32,000 nt of DNA from Candidatus Scalindua sp. (GCA_031316235.1 JALDRA010000001.1:3900001-3932000); one strand, 5' to 3'. Counted from the stretch's first letter, positions 8,889 to 18,586 are shown. Made by a program: numbers and translations. The notes: generated by a model from the letters alone, not told the origin.

Positions 8889-9040
8889 ACAAAAAAAGCC
8901 AACACCTCAACCACAATACTTTTTTTAAAGTATTCGTGAAAAAGATGCTGGCTTACTCTGCAACAATTTTTCGTAACAAAAAATCCTTGCCAAGTCTTCC
9001 TTTAAAATCGCAAAGTACCTGAATTGAAAAAAATAATCAA
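8889..9040 (-). promoter_or_regulatory. conserved leader RNA module, copy 1 (candidate riboswitch/attenuator or sRNA) upstream of fdhA
   Basis: On the sense (minus) strand: GGAAGACT at 9000-8993 and GTTGCAGAGTAAGCCAGC at 8964-8947. The terminator is GCCAGC...GTTGGC plus T7, spanning plus coordinates 8891-8952. A weak promoter is possible (TTGATT 9040-9035, 17-nt spacer, TACTTT 9017-9012). Confidence 0.7.
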
Positions 9041-9233
9041 GCATTATTTTATAGTATAATTTTATCAATCCATTCCTTGATCTTTTATTTTTTCTCATGA
9101 CCTGATCAGCACTTCCAAAAAGAATTAAAAGAAATTTATCAGTTACACTGTCCTCTTTGTTCCCTGTAAGGACAAGATCATGTGATATACGAAAACCCAA
9201 GCCTGGTTCATGGTATCCCCGGACAAAAGCTTG

Positions 9234-10139
9234 TTATATTAACAGCTCTTTCCCCGTAAGCTTACTATACGCCTCAAGATATTTTTCAGACGTAATCCGG
9301 ATTATGTCTTCGGGGAGCGAAGGCGGAGATGAATTTTTATCCCATCCGGTGCTCTCCAAATAATCTCTCACGAATTGCTTGTCGAATGATGGTTGAGGTT
9401 TTCCGGGTGAGTAATTTTCCATTGGCCAGAAACGCGATGAGTCTGGAGTCAGTATTTCATCGATTAAGAGCAGTTTGTCTCCATGTTTACCCCATTCAAA
9501 TTTGGTATCACATATTATGATTCCTTTCGTCAAGGCATATTCACTTGCTTTTTCATAAATCTCTATGCTTTTTTCTCTTAACTCTTCAGCGAGTTTCTTG
9601 CCCGCAATCTGTACCAGTTCGTCGAAAGAAATGTTCTCGTCGTGTCCGGAGGTTGCCTTTGTTGACGGGGTGAAAATAGGTTCTGGAAGTTTATCGCACT
9701 CTTTCAGGCCTGCCGGCAACTTAATTCCGCATACTGTTCCGCTTCCTTTATACTCTTTCCAGCCTGAACCAGCCAAATAGCCTCGTATTATGCATTCAAC
9801 AGGAATAACGTCAACTTTTTTTACCAGCATCGTCCGGCCACTTAAGGCATCATCGTCACCTTTTTTTATTCCTTTTATTCCTTTGACTTCTGTTGTGATT
9901 AAGTGGTTTTCTGTTATATCTTCAGTGCTCTTGAACCAGAATTCCGATAAATGGGTAAGCACTTTACCTTTATATGGAATCCCATCAGGCAGCACATAAT
10001 CAAAAGCGGAAATCCTATCTGTTGCGATAATTAACAAGCTGTCATCCAACTCATAAATGTCTCTAACTTTTCCGCTGCTGTAAAGTTTCAGATAAGGAAT
10101 ATTTGTTTTTAAGAGCATAGGATTGTTTCTCTGTAACAT
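9234..10139 (-). CDS. purC: phosphoribosylaminoimidazole-succinocarboxamide (SAICAR) synthase
   Basis: The 301-aa ORF contains LYSGKVRDIYE, IIATDRISAFD and CDTKFEWG, which are typical PurC segments. Confidence 0.93.
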   Translation of the reverse strand: MLQRNNPMLLKTNIPYLKLYSSGKVRDIYELDDSLLIIATDRISAFDYVLPDGIPYKGKVLTHLSEFWFKSTEDITENHLITTEVKGIKGIKKGDDDALSGRTMLVKKVDVIPVECIIRGYLAGSGWKEYKGSGTVCGIKLPAGLKECDKLPEPIFTPSTKATSGHDENISFDELVQIAGKKLAEELREKSIEIYEKASEYALTKGIIICDTKFEWGKHGDKLLLIDEILTPDSSRFWPMENYSPGKPQPSFDKQFVRDYLESTGWDKNSSPPSLPEDIIRITSEKYLEAYSKLTGKELLI

Positions 10140-10623
10140 AATTCAAATCCCCCGGGAACTGAGATCAAAGGCTTCACTTATTTTTCTCATTCCAATTTGT
10201 TAATTCTTTTTTCAAAACTCTCGGCAGGTGATAAACAGCCATTGTTTATCACCTCAGACCAACAGATTCTCTTGTGTCTATAGTCTCCGCGTTAAACATA
10301 ATTAAATTCAAAATACCTGGTATTTCTCTTGCGGGGGAAATTATGTTTCTGTTTAATTTCTTCCACCAGGAAATTAGCTCACTTACTCTGTCTTTGTGTA
10401 TTAGCCTGCATCTCTTCCACCAACCACAATTAGGCAATACAGCTACTCTTTGTTTTTATAGCCATTCAAAGATCTCCAATCGAATCTCATCAAATGACTT
10501 GCCAAACAGATCTCCGGGCAGTACTACATGACTGCAAACATCCAGTATCTCTTTGACTTCATCTGGAATCTTCCATTCTAACCACAGCCTGTTCATCGTT
10601 TTGTTTCCACTGTAAAACGGTAA

Positions 10624-10775
10624 ACAAAAAAAGCCAATGTCTGTCTACTTCCTCTCTCTTATGAGAACAAGTAGACGAACATTGGCTTACTCTTCAACAA
10701 TCCCTGTTGACTAAAGGATTCCTGCTTAGTCTTCCTGAATCAAAAAATCATAATTCAAAGAAATACATTAGTCAA
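10624..10775 (-). promoter_or_regulatory. conserved leader RNA module, copy 2
   Basis: On the sense (minus) strand: -35 TTGACT 10775-10770, 17-nt spacer, -10 TATGAT 10752-10747. GGAAGACT lies at 10735-10728 and GTTGAAGAGTAAGCCAAT at 10698-10681. The terminator is a long hairpin with a GCCAAT:ATTGGC base plus T7 (plus coordinates 10626-10686). Confidence 0.75.
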
Positions 10776-11171
10776 GTTTTTTATCCAAAAAATAATTATT
10801 CGGGATCGAGGGTTAAATGTAAAGAGAAAAAAACCGGCAGCTGAACAGGTACTAGGAATTCTTGATTCAGGAGAAACTGAAGTTTTAATTACCTCCCGTA
10901 ATAGAAGAGGCGCTTTATTTATTTTCTCTTTTAAGGAACATTATTTTATCCGTTGTGGTTTTTTAATGCTGGACATTGAGTTTGGAAATGAGTTAAATAA
11001 AGCACTCATATGTTTTTCCTGAAGTAAGAAGTAATTCGATATCAGATACCGTATTATCTCAGAACCTGATCATGTTACTAATGCTCAAAACTGTCCGAAT
11101 TATTGTAGATCGTGATTGTGCCTTTATTGAACATAACCCGGTAATTCGAACTTGCTAAAGATCAATTCTCG

Positions 11172-13268
11172 ATGACTGATAAAAAAAATTCTGCAACTTT
11201 TCCACTGCAAACGCATAGCGTCTGGATTCTCTTTGATCATATTCTGTCTGAAATGGGTAGTTCGGCACATGAAAACTTGCACCATGATCAAAAGCTCGCT
11301 GCAGACATTGTGACCGAAAACTTAACCGAAACAGCAGCAAAATTAGGTCTTAAAATCAGTGAACTGGTAGTAAACGTAGAACAAGCCGCTGATGCATCGA
11401 GCAATCTGACTCCGCTGATTAAGCCTCTCGGTAATGATGACTGGCTGGTGTTATCCGGATTCAGCCGGGGACGAATTAAAGCCACCCTGATCAACCATAC
11501 CGGGATTGATATTCGTTTGCTGAGAATCAGCGAACTGATCGCTCTGTTACAGGCAGAGCCTGACCGGTTGGTTGAATGGTATGCAGTTGAACTCAAGGCA
11601 CCTATGGATGCTTCGGAGCATCATGATGACGGGCATATGCCTCCATTTCGACGTCTTGTTTCGATGATGAAAATCGAAAGAAAAGATTTGTGGCGGATTA
11701 TTATCCTTGCGTTAGCTTCCGGGTTGCTGAGTCTTGCAACGCCGATCGCTGTCCAATCGCTGGTCAACACCGTTGCGTTAGGCGGCATGAGACAACCTTT
11801 GGTTGTGTTATCGGTCATATTGTTTATATTTCTCACCTTTTTCGGGGCTGTTTCGGTTTTGCAGTCCTATATTGTCGAGCTGATTCAACGTCGCGTGTTT
11901 GTCAGAATGGCGGCGGATATGGCTTATCGTTTACCCAAGGTCAAATGGGAGGTCTACGAGGATAAAAATGGTGCGGAACTGGTGAACCGGTTTTTTGATG
12001 TGTTAACGGTACAAAAAATTGGTGCTTTTTTATTGCTGAAAGGTTCTTCGATGGTGTTGCAAAGCGGTATCGGTTTACTGGTTTTAGCCGCTTATCACCC
12101 CATTTTGCTGTTATTCGACCTCATTGTAATAGCCTGGCTCTGTGCGGTTATTTTTATCCATGGTCGAAAAGGTGTGGAAACCTCCATTAAGGAATCAGTG
12201 GCTAAATACTCGGTGGTAGCCTGGCTTGAAACCTTGGCAAGAAATGATATGACATTCAAATTTTCAGGAGGGCCGGAACTTGCCAGAGAACGTGCTGACA
12301 AACTGGCTTATCACTATCTCAATGCACGCAAACAGCATTACCGGATTCTGCTGGGTCAAAATATCAGTCTGTACGCCCTTTACGCAGTGGCCGGCACCGC
12401 CTTACTGGCAGTCGGCGGGTTTTTGGTTATGGAAGGAAAGCTCACCCTGGGGCAATTAGTCGCCTCGGAGCTGATCGTTTTCGGTGTATTAGTGATGTTC
12501 TCCAAATTCGATGAACAACTGGAGTACTATTATGATCTGATGGCAGCTGTTGATAAACTGGGCCATCTACTGGACCTGCCGGTTGAGCGTGAGGCCGGTG
12601 AACCCATTGTCCTGAATGAACCGGTTTCACTGGTCGTTTATGATTTGGAATTCAACTACCCGGACTATAACCCGCTGTTTCAGTCGCTCAGCTTCGAAAT
12701 TAAACCCGGAGAAAAAGTCGCCTTATTCGGGGAACCCGGCAGCGGCAAATCAACCCTCGCCGATTTGCTGACAGGTCTGCGCCTTCCGAGCAAGGGACGA
12801 ATTGAAATCAATCAACTGAATATTCAGGAACTACAGCTTGAAAGTTTGCGCAAATACATTGCCGTGGTCGGCTGCACCGATATAATTGAGGATACTCTGT
12901 TCGAAAATATACGCCTGGGTCGTCCTGAAATCAGCGTTGCTGAGGTTCGAGACGTATTAAAACGTTTGAATTTGATGCACGAACCGGCCCTGACTCCGGA
13001 AGGCATGCACACAAAGCTCAGCCTGACCGGCTCGCCGTTATCCTCAACACAGATTCGTAAATTACTGCTTGCCCGGGCTATTGTCAGCCATCCAAGGCTG
13101 TTGATCCTCGATGGCCTTCTGGATGAATGGCAGCACTTGAGTAACAGCTCGGTAAGAGATATTCTTTTCTGCCCCGAGGCGCCCTGGACATTGTTGGTGC
13201 TGACCCGTTCGATGACCATTGCGCAATTTTGTCAACGTACTATTGAATTACCGTCTCGCAGCCAATAA
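11172..13268 (+). CDS. T1SS-type ABC exporter (N-terminal C39-like domain without catalytic Cys/His, a 6-TM domain and an NBD) with degenerate ATPase motifs
   Basis: The 698-aa ORF has the ABC exporter (TMD-NBD) layout. Walker A GEPGSGKST is intact (12729-12755). The signature reads LSSTQ (13038-13052), Walker B reads LLILDG (13098-13115), the H-loop position is T (13203-13205), and the Q-loop Gln is absent. The N-terminal ~165 aa contain no Cys. Confidence 0.8.
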   Translation: MTDKKNSATFPLQTHSVWILFDHILSEMGSSAHENLHHDQKLAADIVTENLTETAAKLGLKISELVVNVEQAADASSNLTPLIKPLGNDDWLVLSGFSRGRIKATLINHTGIDIRLLRISELIALLQAEPDRLVEWYAVELKAPMDASEHHDDGHMPPFRRLVSMMKIERKDLWRIIILALASGLLSLATPIAVQSLVNTVALGGMRQPLVVLSVILFIFLTFFGAVSVLQSYIVELIQRRVFVRMAADMAYRLPKVKWEVYEDKNGAELVNRFFDVLTVQKIGAFLLLKGSSMVLQSGIGLLVLAAYHPILLLFDLIVIAWLCAVIFIHGRKGVETSIKESVAKYSVVAWLETLARNDMTFKFSGGPELARERADKLAYHYLNARKQHYRILLGQNISLYALYAVAGTALLAVGGFLVMEGKLTLGQLVASELIVFGVLVMFSKFDEQLEYYYDLMAAVDKLGHLLDLPVEREAGEPIVLNEPVSLVVYDLEFNYPDYNPLFQSLSFEIKPGEKVALFGEPGSGKSTLADLLTGLRLPSKGRIEINQLNIQELQLESLRKYIAVVGCTDIIEDTLFENIRLGRPEISVAEVRDVLKRLNLMHEPALTPEGMHTKLSLTGSPLSSTQIRKLLLARAIVSHPRLLILDGLLDEWQHLSNSSVRDILFCPEAPWTLLVLTRSMTIAQFCQRTIELPSRSQ

Positions 13269-14602
13269 TGCCTATACAAAATAATCACTCGCAACTGTCG
13301 GTTATCAATGCCTGTCAAACACCGCGCCTGGTTGGCAAGATAGTCAATATATTTGCCTGTCTTTTTATTCTGGTTCCCGTTTTTGTGCAGTTTCTGCCAT
13401 GGCAGCAAAACATCAACGGCACGGGTTATGTTTCTGCCTTTACGCCCGTCGAACGGCAGCAAACAATCGATTCTCCGGTATCGGGGCGTATTCTGAGCTG
13501 GCATGTTAAAGAGAACGCTAAGGTAAAACAAGGTGATTTACTGGTCGAAGTGAGTGATATAGACCCGCAATTCCCGGATCGGCTTAAATGGCAACAGGAA
13601 GCCAACCAGGCAAAACTTGCAGCCAAACAGCAGGAATACGACGCTTATCAATTGCAGATTGAACATTTAGAAACCGTACGTGATATGAAAGTAGCTACAG
13701 CACAATTCAAGCAGGATATGACCATGCAAAAAGTGCTGTCCGCAAACGAAACGTTGTCTTCCGCACAAGCTACCCATGACACTGCACTGCAGCAAAAAAA
13801 AAGGCTGCAACGCCTGCTCAACGGAGGCTTAGTCTCACAGCGGGATTTTGAAGTCGCAGAGCGGGACGCGATTATCGCCAGGCGTACCCTGAACAGCGCC
13901 CGGGCAGCGCTACAGTCCGCTCAGGCTGAACAGAGCGCCGCGCAAACGGATATCAATCAGATCCGAGCCGCTACGCAGGCCAAAATCAATTCAGCTACCG
14001 CAGCAATGAACAAGGTCCGTGGCGAAATTCAGGATATCCGTAACAGTCTGATCAACATCGATGTCAATATTGCCCGGCAGGGCGCCCAGCAAGTTAACGC
14101 TCCACAGGACGGTTTTGTCTTGCGGCTGTTGATGAATCCTCAGGGACACATCGTTAAACAGGGCGATCCACTGATGATCCTGGTGCCTGACACTGATGCC
14201 AGAGCCGCTGAAGTGTGGGTATCTGGAAACGATGCACCGCTGATTCAGCCAGGCCATCATGCCCGGCTCATGTTTGAAGGCTGGCCTGCAGTTCAGTTTG
14301 TTGGCTGGTCGAAAGTTGCTGTGGGTACCTTTGGCGGAACCGTAGTCTTTGTGGATTCCAGTGACAATGGTCAGGGTAAGTTCAGGGTATTGATTGTGCC
14401 TGATGAAAGCGATCATCTGTGGCCTTCTAACCGTTTTCTGCGTCAGGGAGGTTCGGTAAAGGCCTGGATTTTGTTGGGGAAAGTCAGCATTGGTTATGAA
14501 ATTTGGCGCCAGTTGAACGGTTTTCCGCCAAAATTGACGTCCGAACATCCTTATAAAGACCTGAAACGTGAAATTTCGCATGAAAAGTCAATGAAGCGCT
14601 GA
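13268..14602 (+). CDS. HlyD-family periplasmic adaptor (membrane fusion protein)
   Basis: The 444-aa ORF has one N-terminal TM helix, a lipoyl-like motif (SPVSGRILSWHVKENAKVKQGDLLVEV) and a long coiled-coil Q/A-rich middle. Its start overlaps the ABC gene stop by 1 nt (TAATG). Confidence 0.88.
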   Translation: MPIQNNHSQLSVINACQTPRLVGKIVNIFACLFILVPVFVQFLPWQQNINGTGYVSAFTPVERQQTIDSPVSGRILSWHVKENAKVKQGDLLVEVSDIDPQFPDRLKWQQEANQAKLAAKQQEYDAYQLQIEHLETVRDMKVATAQFKQDMTMQKVLSANETLSSAQATHDTALQQKKRLQRLLNGGLVSQRDFEVAERDAIIARRTLNSARAALQSAQAEQSAAQTDINQIRAATQAKINSATAAMNKVRGEIQDIRNSLINIDVNIARQGAQQVNAPQDGFVLRLLMNPQGHIVKQGDPLMILVPDTDARAAEVWVSGNDAPLIQPGHHARLMFEGWPAVQFVGWSKVAVGTFGGTVVFVDSSDNGQGKFRVLIVPDESDHLWPSNRFLRQGGSVKAWILLGKVSIGYEIWRQLNGFPPKLTSEHPYKDLKREISHEKSMKR

Positions 14603-14751
14603 TTTAGAGATAGCTCCTCTCTCCCCGGAGTTAGTAGTCATTATAATAACAAAATAACAACAAAGATGTTGAGCTGCAACTCTTACAAAAGTTAAAAAAG
14701 CTCACTTCTGTTCTTTGGGTGCACTATTTGGCCTGCCTTGATGGCGTATCT

Positions 14752-16563
14752 ATGATTAAAACCGGACATCGTTACCTTATGATCATTTTTGATGCTTGTT
14801 TCTTGCATAGCCGCAACATTTCAGTTGCGGCATGCGCACTGGTTTTATTGTCGGGCTGTGCCGCCTATTTCGACACATCTCTCCAACCAGACTTAATGCA
14901 AAGATTAGAAGAGCGCATGGAACGTGACGAAGCTTTGCCGATGCCGTCATTGTCTAAATCAGCTCCTAAAACGCTGGATTCCGCGCTTGCTGAAGCCAAA
15001 GCAAAGCGATCGGAATTAAAACGGGAAGCGTCGTCTGTCATAATTGAACAGACTAAGTCAAAAAGCAGGGAAGAGAGCAGGCAACTGTCAATCACCGATG
15101 TAAGGGCCATGGCACTGGAAAACAACCTGGACTTGAAAATTGCGCTTATAGAGCCTTCTATCGCTGCTACTTATGTGAGCGAGGAACAGGCAAAATTCGA
15201 TGATTTAATCTTTGCCAACGCCAAATATTCAGACAAAAACACGCCGTTACTGAACAGCGATGTCGTCAGTTTCAAATCGGTAGACAAAAATTCTCCATTG
15301 AATAATGAAATTACCAAGCTCAGTTTACAACCACAAGACACCGAACAAATTGATCTCGAAGCTGGCATTATTATTCCACTTCGGACCGGTGGCAAAATCA
15401 CAATCGGCAGCCCGCTTAATTATAAACAAACAGATCGTTTTGTTCCTTCGGACCAATACCTTGGCGCCTTGCGTTTTTCCATAAGCCACTCACTGTTGCG
15501 CGATGCCGGAATCGACACCAACGTAGCAGGCATCCGCATTGCCCGGTACGAGCAGAAGATGGTAGATCTGGGAATCCGTTTACAAACCATTCGCGTCCTT
15601 GCTATGGTTGACAAAGCGTACTGGGCGCTCTATGCTGCCTGGGGTGAATTGGATATCCGTCGTCAACAATACGAAATAGCCACTCAGAACCTGGCTATGG
15701 TCAGACGCAGGGTAAAGGAAGGCCTCATTGCTGCAATAGAAACTAACCGCGCGGAAATCGGTGTCGCCGAACGTATGGAAGCCCTGATTGTCGCAAAAAC
15801 CAGGCTTAAACTGAGCCAGAGGCAATTAACGCTGCTTTTGAATGACCCTCGCTACGATCTCGATACGTCAACCGTGATGATTCCGGCTACCCAGCCGACA
15901 TTGATGAGCTTTGATTTTGAACGCAACACGCTGGTTCGAAAAGCCCTGGTGGGCCGCCTGGAACTTCTGGAACTGGAATTAAAACTGGCCGCCGATGCAA
16001 CGAAAATCGATTACCTGAAAAACCAGACATTACCACTTTTCATGCTGGATTTCAGCTATGGAACACAAGGCCGCAGTGATAACTTTGACTCTGCTTATTC
16101 CGATGCATTGACAAGTCAAAACAATGATTGGTCAGCTGGCCTGAAACTGGAAATTCCATTAACCAACGCACTGCGTAAATCCCGTTTGTCTCGGGCTGTG
16201 CAGCAAAGACTGCAGCGCCTGGCTACGCGTGATCTTAAAGAATTATCGGTACGCAGAGAAATTTACGACGCCTTGGATCAGGTTGAACAGAACTGGCAAC
16301 GAATTATCGCCAATCGGCAAAATGTGGTGTTAGCCGGGGCTAATTATGATGCTGAACTGAAACAGTTCAACGAAGGATTAAGGACCATGACCGAAGTGCT
16401 GGAGATATTAACCAAACTGGGTGATACCCAAATCAAGGAAGTCAAAGCGATAGCAGATTATCAAGTGGCTATGATTGATCTGGCATATGCAACTGGCACG
16501 CTGCTAGGATATAGTCGGACCGACATGACGGAGGATTTTTCCAATATCAATCCGAACCAATGA
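14752..16563 (+). CDS. TolC/OprM-family outer-membrane efflux protein, probable lipoprotein
   Basis: ORF 14719..16563. It has a lipobox LLSGC and two repeated OEP-like halves with coiled-coil segments. The start is uncertain (GTG 14719, ATG 14752 or ATG 14779). Confidence 0.8.
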   Translation: MIKTGHRYLMIIFDACFLHSRNISVAACALVLLSGCAAYFDTSLQPDLMQRLEERMERDEALPMPSLSKSAPKTLDSALAEAKAKRSELKREASSVIIEQTKSKSREESRQLSITDVRAMALENNLDLKIALIEPSIAATYVSEEQAKFDDLIFANAKYSDKNTPLLNSDVVSFKSVDKNSPLNNEITKLSLQPQDTEQIDLEAGIIIPLRTGGKITIGSPLNYKQTDRFVPSDQYLGALRFSISHSLLRDAGIDTNVAGIRIARYEQKMVDLGIRLQTIRVLAMVDKAYWALYAAWGELDIRRQQYEIATQNLAMVRRRVKEGLIAAIETNRAEIGVAERMEALIVAKTRLKLSQRQLTLLLNDPRYDLDTSTVMIPATQPTLMSFDFERNTLVRKALVGRLELLELELKLAADATKIDYLKNQTLPLFMLDFSYGTQGRSDNFDSAYSDALTSQNNDWSAGLKLEIPLTNALRKSRLSRAVQQRLQRLATRDLKELSVRREIYDALDQVEQNWQRIIANRQNVVLAGANYDAELKQFNEGLRTMTEVLEILTKLGDTQIKEVKAIADYQVAMIDLAYATGTLLGYSRTDMTEDFSNINPNQ

Positions 16564-16766
16564 GCCTCTCGTGCATCCCTGTTTGTTAATAGTGCTGCCA
16601 CAGCATTCACATACACCATATTTCTCTTTTTTTTATCTTTTCAAGAGGTTCCGTCTTCTTAATTATTGTCCGATGTCCGTCCATCTATTTTCACTTGGGG
16701 GAAACAACGTTATACTGTTGATTTCAGTTTGACGATTACCTCTTGAGCCTGCTTATACGGGACAGT

Positions 16767-16794
16767 AAAAGTGCCATCATTAAGCCGGCACTTT
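16767..16794. terminator. hairpin AAAGTGCC-N11-GGCACTTT between the convergent TolC-like and SulP genes (weak terminator candidate)
   Basis: The 8-bp stem was read directly and overlaps the stop codon of SulP copy 2. The U-tract is short, so this is a low-confidence call. Confidence 0.3.
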
Positions 16795-18423
16795 ATTTCC
16801 GACGGGAAGGGCCGAGACCCATCTGTCAAGTTTCTCGGAGTATATCTCTTCTCTGCTCTCAACACTGTCCGATTTACACTTCACCCTGACAATAATGTCT
16901 TTTTCGTCTGCCGATACAATAAAATCCTCTATGATCTCCCGCACATCGTAATCAATACTATAACATTTACTCAAATCGATAGTCAGGATTGTTCCGCTGC
17001 GTATCTTTGAGAATTCATTCAAGATAGCCCCTTTATGTAAAAAAGTAACATCTTCTGCCAGGGTCATTCTCAATTGTTTCTTCCTGTCATATATCTCAAG
17101 ATGTAAAAAGTGAGAGTTTTTGTAGTTACGGATTAATATCATGGCAATACCAACACAACATCCAAGCCCAAGCCCTACCAGTAAATCAACAAAGACAATT
17201 CCAATGACCGTAGCCACAAACGGTATGAACTGGTCCCATCCCAGACGGTATATTTCTGCAAGCAGTGAAGGCCTGGACAATTTAAACCCTACCATTAATA
17301 AAATGCATGCAAGGGCGGACAACGGTATCATATTGAGAATGCCCGGAATGAGCCCTACACAGATCATCAGAAATGAACCATGAAGTATAGTGGATAATTT
17401 AGTTCTTCCACCGGCCTGAATATTGGCAGAACTTCGAATGATCACCTGGGTAATCGGCAATCCACCAATCATTCCGGATATGATATTTCCGGTACCTTGA
17501 GCGAATAACTCCCGGTTTGTTGACGTGACTCTCTTGTGAGTATCCAGTTTATCCGTGGCTTCCACGCACAGGAGCGTTTCTAAACTGGCGGCAATTGCAA
17601 TGGTAACAGCTAAAACATACACTTCTCTATTTCCTAACTGGCTGAAATCAGGAAAAGTAAACTGATCAAAGAGTGAGGTGAAGCTGCCTGCAACCGGCAC
17701 ATGCACCAGGTGTTCAGGACCCAAGTTAAGGAGAGGAAAATAACTCTTTGTTATTATCTGGCAGCAAATAGCAGCTACGACCACAACGATTGGCCCCTGC
17801 ATCAATCTGAATAGATCGTGTTTTTTTTTCAGATACAACTCCCACAGAAGTAAAATTGCCGTTGAAATAATAGCAATAAATACCGCTCCGGGTGTTACAT
17901 GTTGAAGAAGTTTCCACAGCAAGGTAAACGTGGTATCGCCACTTTTAAATGCTGAAGAAACACTGCCCATCCACTCTTTGTCTAATCCAAGCGTATGAGG
18001 TATCTGTTTCAGGACGATGATGATGCCAAAGCCCGCCAGCATCCCCTTTATGGCCGAAGAGGGGAAATAATACCCGATGATGCCTGCCCTTACCAGGCCA
18101 AGCAGTATTTGTATCACTCCCCCAATGACAACAGCCAGTAAAAATATTTCGAAAGAACCAATTTTAGCCAGTGCATCCAGGACAATTACCGCCAGACCTG
18201 CTGCGGGGCCGCTGACCCCATGTGCGGAGTCACTGATAGACCCTACAACCATCCCCCCGATTATGGCTGCGATAAGGCCGGAAAATAAGGGAGCTCCGCT
18301 TGTCAGGGCAATTCCAAGACAGAGAGGCAGTGCGACAAATAGCACCACAATACCTGCAGGTATGTCTTGCTGAAAGTGAGACAAGATTTCAAATTTCTTT
18401 CTGCCAGTTTCAATCTTAAGCAT
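16780..18423 (-). CDS. SulP-family anion (sulfate/bicarbonate-type) permease with a STAS domain, copy 2
   Basis: The 547-aa ORF is colinear with copy 1 along its whole length and is roughly three-quarters or more identical by eye. Confidence 0.9.
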   Translation of the reverse strand: MLKIETGRKKFEILSHFQQDIPAGIVVLFVALPLCLGIALTSGAPLFSGLIAAIIGGMVVGSISDSAHGVSGPAAGLAVIVLDALAKIGSFEIFLLAVVIGGVIQILLGLVRAGIIGYYFPSSAIKGMLAGFGIIIVLKQIPHTLGLDKEWMGSVSSAFKSGDTTFTLLWKLLQHVTPGAVFIAIISTAILLLWELYLKKKHDLFRLMQGPIVVVVAAICCQIITKSYFPLLNLGPEHLVHVPVAGSFTSLFDQFTFPDFSQLGNREVYVLAVTIAIAASLETLLCVEATDKLDTHKRVTSTNRELFAQGTGNIISGMIGGLPITQVIIRSSANIQAGGRTKLSTILHGSFLMICVGLIPGILNMIPLSALACILLMVGFKLSRPSLLAEIYRLGWDQFIPFVATVIGIVFVDLLVGLGLGCCVGIAMILIRNYKNSHFLHLEIYDRKKQLRMTLAEDVTFLHKGAILNEFSKIRSGTILTIDLSKCYSIDYDVREIIEDFIVSADEKDIIVRVKCKSDSVESREEIYSEKLDRWVSALPVGNKVPA

Positions 18424-18515
18424 TTATTTCTCATCCAATAACATACAGCTGTCTCAGACAAAGCCGGTTTTAGGTTGTTTTATTGGATGCCTTCTTTACC
18501 TCACTCTATGATATC

Positions 18516-18533
18516 TGATATACTAAAACCGAT
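18516..18533 (+). repeat. intergenic box family B, copy 2 (porin-SulP spacer)
   Basis: Sequence gatatactaaaaccgatt. Confidence 0.5.
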
Positions 18534-18586
18534 TACGGCACCGTGACGGTTGATTATCAAAATAATGAGGTCATCAAAACTCAGCG

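Noticed and set aside
11072-11158. A 28-codon ORF (MLLMLKTVRIIVDRDCAFIEHNPVIRTC) directly upstream of the ABC gene, considered as a possible secreted-peptide substrate.
   Set aside because: It has no ribosome-binding site, no double-glycine leader and no recognisable RiPP or bacteriocin features. An AT-rich spacer of this length will contain such an ORF by chance.
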